Assembly: GCF_006345805.1 (NCBI RefSeq)
Contig: NW_021824957.1
Span: 1 to 17,070 of the forward strand
Direction: 5' to 3'
Source: Octopus sinensis
Taxonomy: Eukaryota
Length of the DNA: 17,070 nucleotides
The position numbers were made by a program, and so were the translations under genes. The notes beneath the pieces are model-generated. The model was not told the origin of the DNA, did not search any database, and saw only the letters and a list, made by a program, of their open reading frames with translations. Of the stretch, positions 1-9,372 are shown in pieces; position 1 is the first letter of the stretch; every line of letters starts with the position of its first letter.

Positions 1-135
1 GAGCAACGCGACACTCGCGGTGCCATTCGCCTAGCCTCGGTCTCTGCTTGATCCATGACTGTAGTTCGTCCAAGGAGACGAGCTGCGGGCAAGCGCGCCG
101 CACAAAAGGCGACCCCCTGTTCACCGTTGTCTATG

Positions 136-145
136 TGATAGATAG

Positions 146-176
<31 letters not shown>

Positions 177-256
177 GATAGATAGATAGTTGTCTTGGTT
201 GTCTATATAGATAGATAGATAAATAATAGATGATAGATAGATAGATAGATAGATAG

Positions 257-295
<39 letters not shown>

Positions 296-329
296 GGATA
301 GATAGATAGATAGATGGATAGATAGATAT

Positions 330-375
<46 letters not shown>

Positions 376-393
376 GGATAGATAGATAGATAT

Positions 394-437
<44 letters not shown>

Positions 438-483
438 ATTAGATAGATAATAGATAGATAGATGGATAGATAGATAGATATAG

Positions 484-525
<42 letters not shown>

Positions 526-526
526 T
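136..526. repeat. (TAGA)n microsatellite
   Basis: Near-perfect GATA tetranucleotide array; explains the YLSI ORF 203..574. Confidence 0.98.
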
Positions 527-597
527 TATGTATGTATCTATAGATTGTATATATACATGCATACACATGCACACACATATGTATGTTTGTGTGACGA

Positions 598-737
598 TGA
601 AGGGGGGAAAAGAAGTGGGTTAGGAGTGAAGAGAAGAGAGAACGAGAGTAGGAGTGAATAGAAGTAGGAGTCGGAGCACGAGAGGAGAGGTGGGTGGGAG
701 GAAGTAGGTGTGAGGAGAGAGGCGACGGGAGGAGGTT
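598..737. repeat. Purine-rich (GA/GGA) low-complexity tract
   Basis: Almost exclusively G/A on + strand. Confidence 0.8.
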
Positions 738-1235
738 ACTTGAAGAGGGGAGGAGACTTGAGCCCATGTGTCGCAAAAGATCGAAGAGAGAAGATTGATC
801 CCTGTTCACGGTGCAAACGGGAGCCCGAATGGCCCCCTGTGCACGGACAGATGTTGCAAAAGTGACCGGTAGAGCGGGATTGGCGCGAGACCAAGGTATC
901 ATTGCCACAGGATATAGCAAAATTTTGCATTATTTTGAAGATGTTTTTGCACTTTCCATTTATGCAGTTTTGTGGTTAATCTATTTAGCATTAAATGTGA
1001 TATAAATTATTTACATGTTTTCAAGTTACGAAACAATTTGTCGTGATATTAGAATTTTCATACTGTTAAATAAAATTTCATCAAACTGCTTCATTTATGA
1101 TTTCATTGTATTTTCTTGTATCGTACTATGTATTGTATATGTTTTGTAGAATGATACGTTAAGGAGGTTTTAATTATGAGTACTACCGCATTACTTGAAT
1201 CCATATAATGATACTTAAATTTATATATATATATA

Positions 1236-1404
1236 ACCGTGACCGACCAGGCTATCAGATGTTGCTACACATCGCTGGTCACAATGCGCTTCGCATTGTT
1301 TTAGCCTTCAAATGACGCCACCCCGCTGGCTAAGCGAGCTGGCCAACAGAAGAAAGAGTGAGAGAAAGTTGTGGCGAAAGAGTACAGCAGGCGAAGAGTA
1401 CAGC
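1236..1404 (-). mobile_element. SINE family C, 3' portion (5'-truncated)
   Basis: Closely matches 7177-7330 and the reverse complement of 10915-11075; ends in a (TA)n tract. Confidence 0.9.
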
Positions 1405-1503
1405 TATGTGTATGTATGTCGCTGTGTATATGTATATGCTCACACACACATATATATGTATTTATATGTGCGTGCGTATATATATGTATGTATTTATATA
1501 TGC

Positions 1504-1556
<53 letters not shown>

Positions 1557-1655
1557 TATATATATGAAAGTATGTATTTATATATGTATGTATATATATA
1601 TGTATATATGTATATATATCCATATGTGTATGCATGTATGTATGTATGTATACAT
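1405..1655. repeat. Compound (TG)/(TA)/(CA)/(TATG)n microsatellite
   Basis: Direct reading. Confidence 0.95.
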
Positions 1656-2026
1656 TTGTGATACATTCTTGGTGTGAGGATAAATATTTCCTGGACATAA
1701 CGACAATATTCCTGTATGCAAAAGTTTAGCACAGTCATAAAAATAAATAAGAATGAGAAATAGCTGAAGTGAAATGAAATGGGAAAATAAATCAGTGTCA
1801 AATTGAAGCGCAAAAGAAAACCGGATCCATGTCCAAGGAAACGATATATTAGTTTAATATTAATACATCTTATTCTATGGATTTCTGATTTCGCTGTATA
1901 GATATGAGTCGTTTTGGCACCGCTAATTTGGCGTCGCCCATTTGGCGCTAACATGTTTGACATCAAACGCTTTGATGTTTCTCTAGTTCGTTTCCCTCCC
2001 TGTTTCTCCTTCTCTCTCTCCCCATT

Positions 2027-2028
2027 TG

Positions 2029-2113
<85 letters not shown>

Positions 2114-2128
2114 TTATCTATCCATTTG

Positions 2129-2174
<46 letters not shown>

Positions 2175-2452
2175 GAACATACTTCTTTTTATGTGTATGA
2201 CGAGAGGGAAATGGTTATGCCCATCGTATACAACAAATAAATTGTAATGTCCTTCTCTCCCACTCTCTCTCTCTCTTCCTCTATCTATCCCTACTTCTCT
2301 CTCTCTCTCTCTCGCTCTCCCTCTCTCTCTATCTATCTATCTATCTTTTAATCTATCTCCATTTACCTATCTTCCTCTATCTCCACCCAACTATTTATTT
2401 CTCTACGTCTATCCCTCCCCATTTCTCTCTCTCCCTCTCTCCATGTCTCCCC

Positions 2453-2485
<33 letters not shown>

Positions 2486-2545
2486 CCTCTACCTATATCT
2501 CTTCCCATCCATCTATCTCCCCCCCTATCTCTCCCCATCTATCTG
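2027..2545. repeat. (TCTA)n, (TC)n and pyrimidine-rich low-complexity block
   Basis: Direct reading; perfect TCTA run about 2027-2120, (TC)n about 2133-2171. Confidence 0.95.
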
Positions 2546-2818
2546 AGAGGATGAAAGACCTAATTTATATAACAGCTCTTCTTTTATCTATATATGACTT
2601 GGGTTATTCCATGTTGTCGATGAATAAGGGGTGAAACTACCTTTTACGTATTTTTCCCAACCGGCTTATGTATTTTCTATGAAATTCTTTGGTTCTATAC
2701 GCAAAATATGCATGAAAACTGTGGCCCACGTCCGCTTGTTTTTATGTATATCCTGCTCTGTGCATAGAAGAGGGATCTAGCAATGAAATTTGAGAGCTTT
2801 ATATTGATATTTCTAGAT

Positions 2819-3253
2819 AAGGCGGCGAGATGGCAGAATCGTTAGCGCGCTGGACGAAATGCTTAGCCGTATTTTGCCCGTCGCAACGTTCTGAGTTCAA
2901 ATTCCCCCGAGGTCGACTTTAAGGCGACGAGCTGGCAGAAACGTTAGAACGCCAGGCGAAATGCTTAGGAGTATTTCGTCTGTATTTACGTTCTGAGTTC
3001 AAATTCCACCGAGGTCGACTTTAAGGTGGCGAGCTGGCAGACACGTTAGCACGCCAGGCGAAATGCTTAGGAGTATTTCGTCTGTCTTTATGTTCAGAGT
3101 TCAAATTCCACCGAGGTCGACTTTGCCTTACATCCTTTCGGAGTCGATAAATAAAGTACCAGTTACGCACTGGGGTCGATATAATCGACTTAATACCTTT
3201 GTCTGTCCTTGTTTGTCCCCTCTGTGTTTAGCCCCTTGTGAGCAATAAAGAAG
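2819..3253 (+). mobile_element. SINE family B with three tandem 102-bp tRNA-like heads and one body
   Basis: Heads at 2819-2920, 2921-3022 and 3023-3124, each with A-box-like TGGCAGA and B-box-like GAGTTCAAATTCC; body ends AATAAAGAAG; TSD TTTATATTGATATTTCTAGATA at 2798-2819 and 3256-3277. Confidence 0.92.
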
Positions 3254-3285
3254 CATTTATATTGATATTTCTAGATATTTCTTGC

Positions 3286-3470
3286 TGCATGTGCGACTGT
3301 ACGGCAAGAAGCGTTCATCCCAAGCACAGTCTTTCGGGTTCAGTCCTACTGTGTGGCACTTTGCGCAAGTGTCTTCTACTGTAACCTCGGGTCAACCAAA
3401 GCCTTGTGAGTGGATTTCGTAGACGGAAACTGAAAGGCCGTCGTATATGTGTGTTTGTTTATATGTATGT

Positions 3471-3501
<31 letters not shown>

Positions 3502-3628
3502 CGTGTGCCTTTATATCTGTGATTGTCTCCTACCACTACTTGACGACCGGTGTTGGTGTGTTTACATCCCCGTAACTTAGCGGTTCGACAAAAGACACCG
3601 ATAGAATAAATGCCAGTCTTTAAAAAAT
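3286..3628 (+). mobile_element. SINE family A, degenerate copy lacking the 3' tail
   Basis: GGGTTCAGTCC B box, GTGGCACTTTGCGCAAGTGTCTT core and internal (TG)n; aligns to 8040-8474. Confidence 0.88.
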
Positions 3629-3791
3629 GACGGTATAAACTCGTCACTCACTAATCACGAGACGGGTATGTTCGGCTTACCCGACTCTTAGGAATACTCA
3701 GCCGCTTAAATAGTAATCCGCTGAACAATTGAACCTTCATCCAACAAAACGATGGAAAACCATTCATTCGCCGATGCAAGTATGCACATGA

Positions 3792-3832
3792 TGTGTGTGT
3801 GTGTGTGTATGTGTGAGTGCATGTATGCATGT

Positions 3833-3865
<33 letters not shown>

Positions 3866-4119
3866 GTATGTGTACATGTTTACATGTATGTATGTGTGTG
3901 TGTATATATATATATATACATGTGTGTATATATATATATATGTATATGTATATATATATATACACACATGCACACACATATGCAAAGAAGTATGTGTGTG
4001 CGTATATATAGGCACACATATACATGACAAACACACAGCTTCATATCCTATAAAACACGTATTGAGCACTCCATTCTCATCCGTTCTACATTAAGCAACG
4101 TATGTGCGTGTAGATATAT

Positions 4120-4168
<49 letters not shown>

Positions 4169-4185
4169 TAATATATATATATATA

Positions 4186-4219
<34 letters not shown>

Positions 4220-4315
4220 ATATATACATATACGTACACACACAGTATATAATATGTATGCATATATATATACATACACACACAAACACACGCATACACA
4301 CGCATACACACACGT
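3792..4315. repeat. Compound (TG)/(TA)/(CA)n microsatellites with a short unique spacer
   Basis: Direct reading. Confidence 0.93.
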
Positions 4316-4884
4316 GTAAAGATCGAGAGAAAGAGAGATACAAAAGGGAGAGACAGAGTGAAATATATATTAAAGTTGTATAGCTTCCTATGAATCGTTG
4401 CGAAATAAGAGTTGAAAGGGATTTAAAGGCCCTTATCAAGAGAAAATGAAGACTGGGTTTCGCTCTGATCTTTCCAGATATATAGGGATATCTCGGCTGA
4501 TCACAGTAAAGCTTGGTTTCTATTTACCGTTGATAAGAGCCTTTTAAAAGTTAGAATACGTTATGTAAGGAGAATACGTAAGCCTTTGTTGCTATGATTT
4601 CGTTTTTTTATCTATTTATTTATTATTAATATTATTTTTTATATCATGTTTTCCCCCAATCTTTTATATCCTACTTGCATTGTGGTCGTTTTTCTAAAAG
4701 ATTTTAAAATCTACTTCGCAACGTTTCATATAAACTATAACAACTTTAATATTTCTCTCTGCTTTTTCCCCCTTTTTCTATTTCCCTTCTTTCTTTCCCT
4801 TCTCCTTTCTGTCCCCCTCTCTCTACACGCCTTCTCACTTTATATCTGTTTGTCTTCCACTATACCTCTCCCTTCCATCTTTCT

Positions 4885-4977
4885 CATAATATATATACAT
4901 ACATAGATGCATACATACATACATACATACATACAGATACATCCATATTAATAATATACATATATGCATATATATAA

Positions 4978-5036
<59 letters not shown>

Positions 5037-5123
5037 GGTATGTGTATATATAAATATATACAAAATATACATGCGTACGTATTATAATATATATATATAT
5101 ACATATATATATACATATATATA

Positions 5124-5165
<42 letters not shown>

Positions 5166-5315
5166 GTATATATTTATATTGTATATTGTATATATATGTA
5201 GTATATGTATTCATATATTTGCGTGTGTCAATACACAATGTTTTTTGTACGCGGGCGCCTGTGTGTGTGTGTGTGTTCATATATGCATCTATATACATAT
5301 CTATGTGTATATATG
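4885..5315. repeat. (CATA)/(TA)n compound microsatellite
   Basis: Direct reading. Confidence 0.93.
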
Positions 5316-5512
5316 TAACTGTTAATGTAAAGATCCATAAACCAAACCGTCATAGTCACTAGAAGAAACATTTCGAGAATAATGGCGCCTATATATGTTT
5401 GATAGTTTCAAAGTAATATGTTTTTGGTCAAAGTCATACACACAAAGGAGAGATAAAGATGAGGTGTGGAACAAAACCATTTTTGGTTGACGCTCAGGAA
5501 AAATGGAAGACG

Positions 5513-5548
5513 GTTTGACGTTTCGAGCCTACGCACTTCTACAGAAAC
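5513..5548 (-). ncRNA. Minimal type-I hammerhead-like motif HH-a (variant core CUGUAGA), Penelope-like-element terminal repeat type
   Basis: Minus strand: GUUU CUGUAGA A GUGC GUAG GCUC GAAA CG UC AAAC. Stem I is GUUU/AAAC, stem II is GUGC/GCUC with one U.U mismatch, helix III is the palindrome ACGU, and the triplet is GUC. Confidence 0.65.
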
Positions 5549-5621
5549 GATATAAGAAAAAAGAAAGAAAAAAAGGAAACCGAAAAAAAGTGTCTGAGTT
5601 AAGCCTTGAAAATCCGCTGAA

Positions 5622-5622
<1 letters not shown>

Positions 5623-5654
<32 letters not shown>

Positions 5655-5696
5655 TGTATGCATGTATGTATGTATGTATGTATGTATGTATGTATG

Positions 5697-5730
<34 letters not shown>

Positions 5731-5788
5731 TGTATGTATATATGTATGTATGTATGTATGTATATATGTATGTATATATGTATGTATG

Positions 5789-5822
<34 letters not shown>

Positions 5823-5888
5823 TATATGTATGTATGTATGTATGTATATATGTATGTATGTATGTATGTATATATGTATGTATGTATA

Positions 5889-5924
<36 letters not shown>

Positions 5925-6013
5925 TGTATTATATATGTATGTATGTATGTATGTATATATGTATGTATGTATGTATATATGTATGTATGTATGTATGTAT
6001 ATATGTATGTATG

Positions 6014-6075
<62 letters not shown>

Positions 6076-6130
6076 TATATATGTATTATGTATGTATGTA
6101 TGTATGTATGTATATATGTATGTATGTATG

Positions 6131-6164
<34 letters not shown>

Positions 6165-6166
6165 TG

Positions 6167-6199
<33 letters not shown>

Positions 6200-6254
6200 G
6201 TGTGTGTATGTGTGTGTGTGTGTGTGTGTGTGCATATATACATATATATATATA
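5623..6254. repeat. About 630-bp (TATG)n array with TA interruptions
   Basis: Direct reading; source of the MYVC/HTYI ORFs. Confidence 0.98.
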
Positions 6255-6357
6255 GTTAATCCAAACAAGAAAACAGAAAAAAAGAGAAAAAAACACAGCA
6301 ACGCAGGACGTGGAACAATTAAAGTATTATTGACGCTCAGGAAAGAAGGGAAGGAGG

Positions 6358-6392
6358 GTTTAACGTTTCGAGCGGAGCTCTTCGTCGGAAAC
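6358..6392 (-). ncRNA. Minimal type-I hammerhead-like motif HH-b (core CCGACGA, U4C)
   Basis: Minus strand: GUUU CCGACGA A GAGC UCC GCUC GAAA CG UU AAAC; perfect 4-bp stems I and II; flanks homologous to HH-a (GTGGAACAA, TTGACGCTCAGGAAA). Confidence 0.7.
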
Positions 6393-6476
6393 AAGGAGAA
6401 GGAAAGATCCCAAGAAGGGAAGACAGAGGAAAAAATATTTGAGCTGGTGGTGCTCAAGAGATCACATGTTGAAAGC

Positions 6477-6500
6477 ATATATATATATATGTTGGTGTGT

Positions 6501-6567
<67 letters not shown>

Positions 6568-6610
6568 TGTATATATGTGTGTGTGTATACATATAGATAG
6601 ATAGATAGAC
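6477..6610. repeat. (TA)n with (TG) and (TAGA) segments
   Basis: Direct reading. Confidence 0.95.
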
Positions 6611-6694
6611 AGATGGAAATTAGTAGTGTCAGTTTCCTGTAGCTACTAAAACTGTTGAGTATATAAGCAGATTGGAATTGGTCAAATCCACGTA

Positions 6695-6744
6695 GACGCC
6701 TCTGATGAGAATCCAATAAGATTTGAAAATCGATTAAGGTTGTT
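6695..6744 (+). ncRNA. Type-I hammerhead ribozyme HH-d with intact core and palindromic helix III
   Basis: GACGCCU CUGAUGA GAAUC CAAUAA GAUUU GAAA AUCGAU UA AGGU(U)GUU. Canonical CUGAUGA and GAAA, 5-bp stem II, palindrome AAUCGAUU in helix III, UUA triplet with predicted cut after 6736, and stem I up to 7 bp with one bulge and two G.U pairs. Confidence 0.78.
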
Positions 6745-6840
6745 CGGTTCTTTGTCTTTTTTCAGTGTATGGAGAAATAGCTAAATTAACTTTGTTTATA
6801 TAACTACGATTTAGGTTGTGTGTGTGTGTATATATATATA

Positions 6841-7166
6841 AAGACCCCCTTCGGTCATGAATGACCATGGGATTGCACCTAGAAAGTTACCCTCCGGGGC
6901 ACAAGTCCGGGCAAGGTTGTTTATGGAAGACCAGCAGTCGCCCATGCATACCAGCCTCCCCTCTCCACGCCACCAGTGTTATCCAAGGGAAAGACAAAGG
7001 TCGATACAGCTTGGCACCAGTGACGTCGCAACTCATTTCTACAGCTGAGTGAACTGGAGCAACGTGGAATAAAGTGCCTTGCTCAAGAACACAACACGCA
7101 GCCCGGTCCGGGATTCGAGCTCACAACCTCACGATCGTAAGCTCGACGCTCTAACCACTGAGCCAT
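6841..7166 (-). mobile_element. SINE family D, near full length (tRNA-derived head)
   Basis: Minus strand starts TGGCTCAGTGGTTAGAGCG (A box), then GAGCTCGAATCCC (B-box-like) and GTGTTCTTGAGCAAGGCACTT central domain; 3' end has the hairpin GGTCA-TTCA-TGACC, then (TA)n. Confidence 0.88.
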
Positions 7167-7176
7167 ATATATATAT

Positions 7177-7478
7177 ATCACGTGATCACGTGGCCGACCA
7201 GACCATCAGATGTTGTTACACATCCCTGGTCACAATGCGTTCGCATTGTTTTAGCCTTCGAATGACGCCACCCCGCTGGCTAAGCGAGCAGGCCAACAGA
7301 GGAAAGAGTGAGAGAAAGAGTGGTGAAGAGTAAGCAGGGATCACCCCCCCCCCTGCCGGAGACTTGTGGAGCTTTTGGGTGTTTTCGCTCAATAAACACA
7401 CACAACGCCCGTTCTGGGAATCGAAACCGCGATCCTACGACCGCGAGTCCGCTGCTCTAACCACTGGGCCATTGCGCC
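7177..7478 (-). mobile_element. SINE family C, full length
   Basis: Minus strand GGCGCAATGGCCCAGTGGTTAGAGC (A box) to GGTTTCGATTCCC (B box); ends CACGTGATCACGTGAT plus (AT)n; matches 10776-11075. Confidence 0.93.
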
Positions 7479-7479
7479 T

Positions 7480-7553
<74 letters not shown>

Positions 7554-7572
7554 ATGTATATATGTATGAATA

Positions 7573-7603
<31 letters not shown>

Positions 7604-7682
7604 ATATGCATGTATATATGTATGTATATATATAAATATAGTGAGGCGTGCACGCGCACATACTCATGCATCATACACATAT
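7480..7682. repeat. (CA)/(TA)/(TG)/(TATG)n compound microsatellite
   Basis: Direct reading. Confidence 0.95.
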
Positions 7683-8039
7683 ACATATCTGCGTGTAGAA
7701 TTCGTCATGTGTGTCATATGACGTATGTCATGTGATGTGCAGCGTTTTACGTGCTAGCACATGAAAAAGATATCTGACGCCATTAATATCCTGGAATAGT
7801 TTGAATTAAATGCTTGAGTCTATGGTAATGGAACTTTTAAATTCATCCCGATAGCTTCCTGTTTCTTTGATTGCAACAACAGTAAGGTGCGGGGAGTGGC
7901 GTGGGGTGGGGCGGGGTGGGGATTTGACTGAGTCGTTCGGGAGCCTGATAGAATACTAGCAGCATTTGTTTTGATTTTCACTAGTAATTAGTTCAAATCT
8001 CGTAGATGTCAGCTTTGCTTTTATTCTTTCAGGTGCAAT

Positions 8040-8225
8040 GCGGGAGTGGCTGTGTGGTAAGTGGCTTGCTTACCAAGAACATGGTTCAGGGTTCAGTTCC
8101 ACTGCGTGGCACCTTGGGCAACTGTCTTCTACTATAGCCTCGGGCCGACCAAAGCCTTTTGAGTGGATTTGGTAGACGGAAACCTGAAAGAAGCTCGTCG
8201 TATAAGTATGTATATATATACATAC

Positions 8226-8263
<38 letters not shown>

Positions 8264-8474
8264 CTGTGTGTGTGTGTGTGTGTTCCTCCAACATCGCTTG
8301 ACAACCGATGCTGGTGTGTTTACGTCCTTGTAACTTGTCCTTTCGGCAAAAGGAAACCGATAGAATAAGCACTAGGCTTCTAAAGAATAAGTCCTGGGGT
8401 CGATTTCCTCGATTAAAGGCGGTGCTCCAGCATGGTCACTGTCAAATGTCTGAAACAAGTAAAAGAGTAAAAAG
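8040..8474 (+). mobile_element. SINE family A, full length (tRNA head, CORE-like domain, internal microsatellite, tail)
   Basis: A box TGGCTGTGTGG, B box GGGTTCAGTTCC, and CCTTGGGCAACTGTCTT resembling the CORE-SINE motif CCTTGGGCAAGT; tail GAAACAAGTAAAAGAGTAAAA. Probably one of the described Octopus SINE families (OK/OR1/OR2), but which one cannot be assigned without a search. Confidence 0.93.
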
Positions 8475-8493
8475 TACCCGTCGGAAGCGGATA

Positions 8494-8495
<2 letters not shown>

Positions 8496-8533
<38 letters not shown>

Positions 8534-8672
8534 TGTACATGTGCATATATATATATATATGCGTATGTATGTATGTTCATGTGTGTGTACGTGTGTTTAT
8601 ACGTGTGTAAATTTTATGCGTACGTATGTATGTGTGTGTATGTGTGTGTCTGTGAGTGTATGTGTGTTTATT
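8496..8672. repeat. (CA)/(TA)/(TG)n compound microsatellite
   Basis: Direct reading. Confidence 0.9.
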
Positions 8673-8682
8673 TATATCCACA

Positions 8683-8789
8683 ACGGACTTTCACAGTTTC
8701 CGTCTATCACTCACAAGGCATTGGTCGGCCCGGGGCTACAATAGAAGATATTTGCCCAAGGTGCCACGTAGTGGGACTGAACCAGAAAA
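8683..8789 (-). mobile_element. SINE family A fragment (B box to core)
   Basis: Reverse complement of about 8090-8200 with small deletions. Confidence 0.88.
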
Positions 8790-9005
8790 CTCGTGATTAC
8801 GTATTTTGAGAACATCATAGCTCGGTCAAATTTACAATTATTATGTTCTAAGAAAGGGGAAAACTAAGAATATTTTAAGAGACACAACCATTTTAGATAC
8901 CACGGTGTACATTCTTAATACAATCCGACTGATTTGAACGCGAATATCCTAATCACTGCGGTATTTCCTCATCGAAGGACATATTCCTTCAGACGAATAT
9001 ATGTT

Positions 9006-9372
9006 TACTAGCACTATGACCCGGCAACGCCAGGTCATAGTGCTAGTACATGCATATACAGCTGCGTGCGTGCGCACATACACGCGAGTACTGTCCAAAT
9101 CTCCGACCAATCACATACAGCTAGCTGGCATTCAATTGGCGTATCAAGTTTCGAGCATTTTGATTGGATTTTGGATAGAAAATTCACAAAAAAGTCACTT
9201 CTATTGATTTTTTAATGGCTTTGCAGGATGACTGGGGAAATGTAAAGATGTGCACGACCACCCTTGGGCGGTTTTAAATGACCATAGAAAGTGCGAGTCC
9301 TCTAACTGAAAAATTGTGGATTTGTATAAAGGACACACACACAGACATTTTGCTGTTTATATATAGAGAGAT
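9006..9372 (+). mobile_element. Non-autonomous Helitron/Helentron-like element (Lep1/HINE-like architecture)
   Basis: Starts with the 16-bp inverted repeat TACTAGCACTATGACC/GGTCATAGTGCTAGTA; ends with a subterminal (AC)n then GTTTATATATAGAGAGAT; no TSD. Assignment is by recalled architecture. Confidence 0.6.

Noticed and set aside
736-1005. 64-aa ORFs at 736..930 (-) and 811..1005 (+), and a possible donor AG|GTATCA near 896
   Set aside because: No recognisable domain and a weak donor; kept only as part of the CpG-rich block finding
2819-3124. CRISPR-like array
   Set aside because: The 102-bp units are contiguous SINE heads with no unique spacers, in eukaryotic DNA
3640-3790. Minus-strand EWFSIVLLDEGS / VQLFSG resembling the Tc1 transposase W..V.FSDE motif
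   Set aside because: Too short, needs a frameshift, and no other transposase motifs nearby
8941-9000. Hammerhead-like CTGAAGG...GAAA on minus with the hairpin GAAGGA/TCCTTC
   Set aside because: Core is wrong and the flanks are direct repeats (CGAATAT), so stem I cannot form
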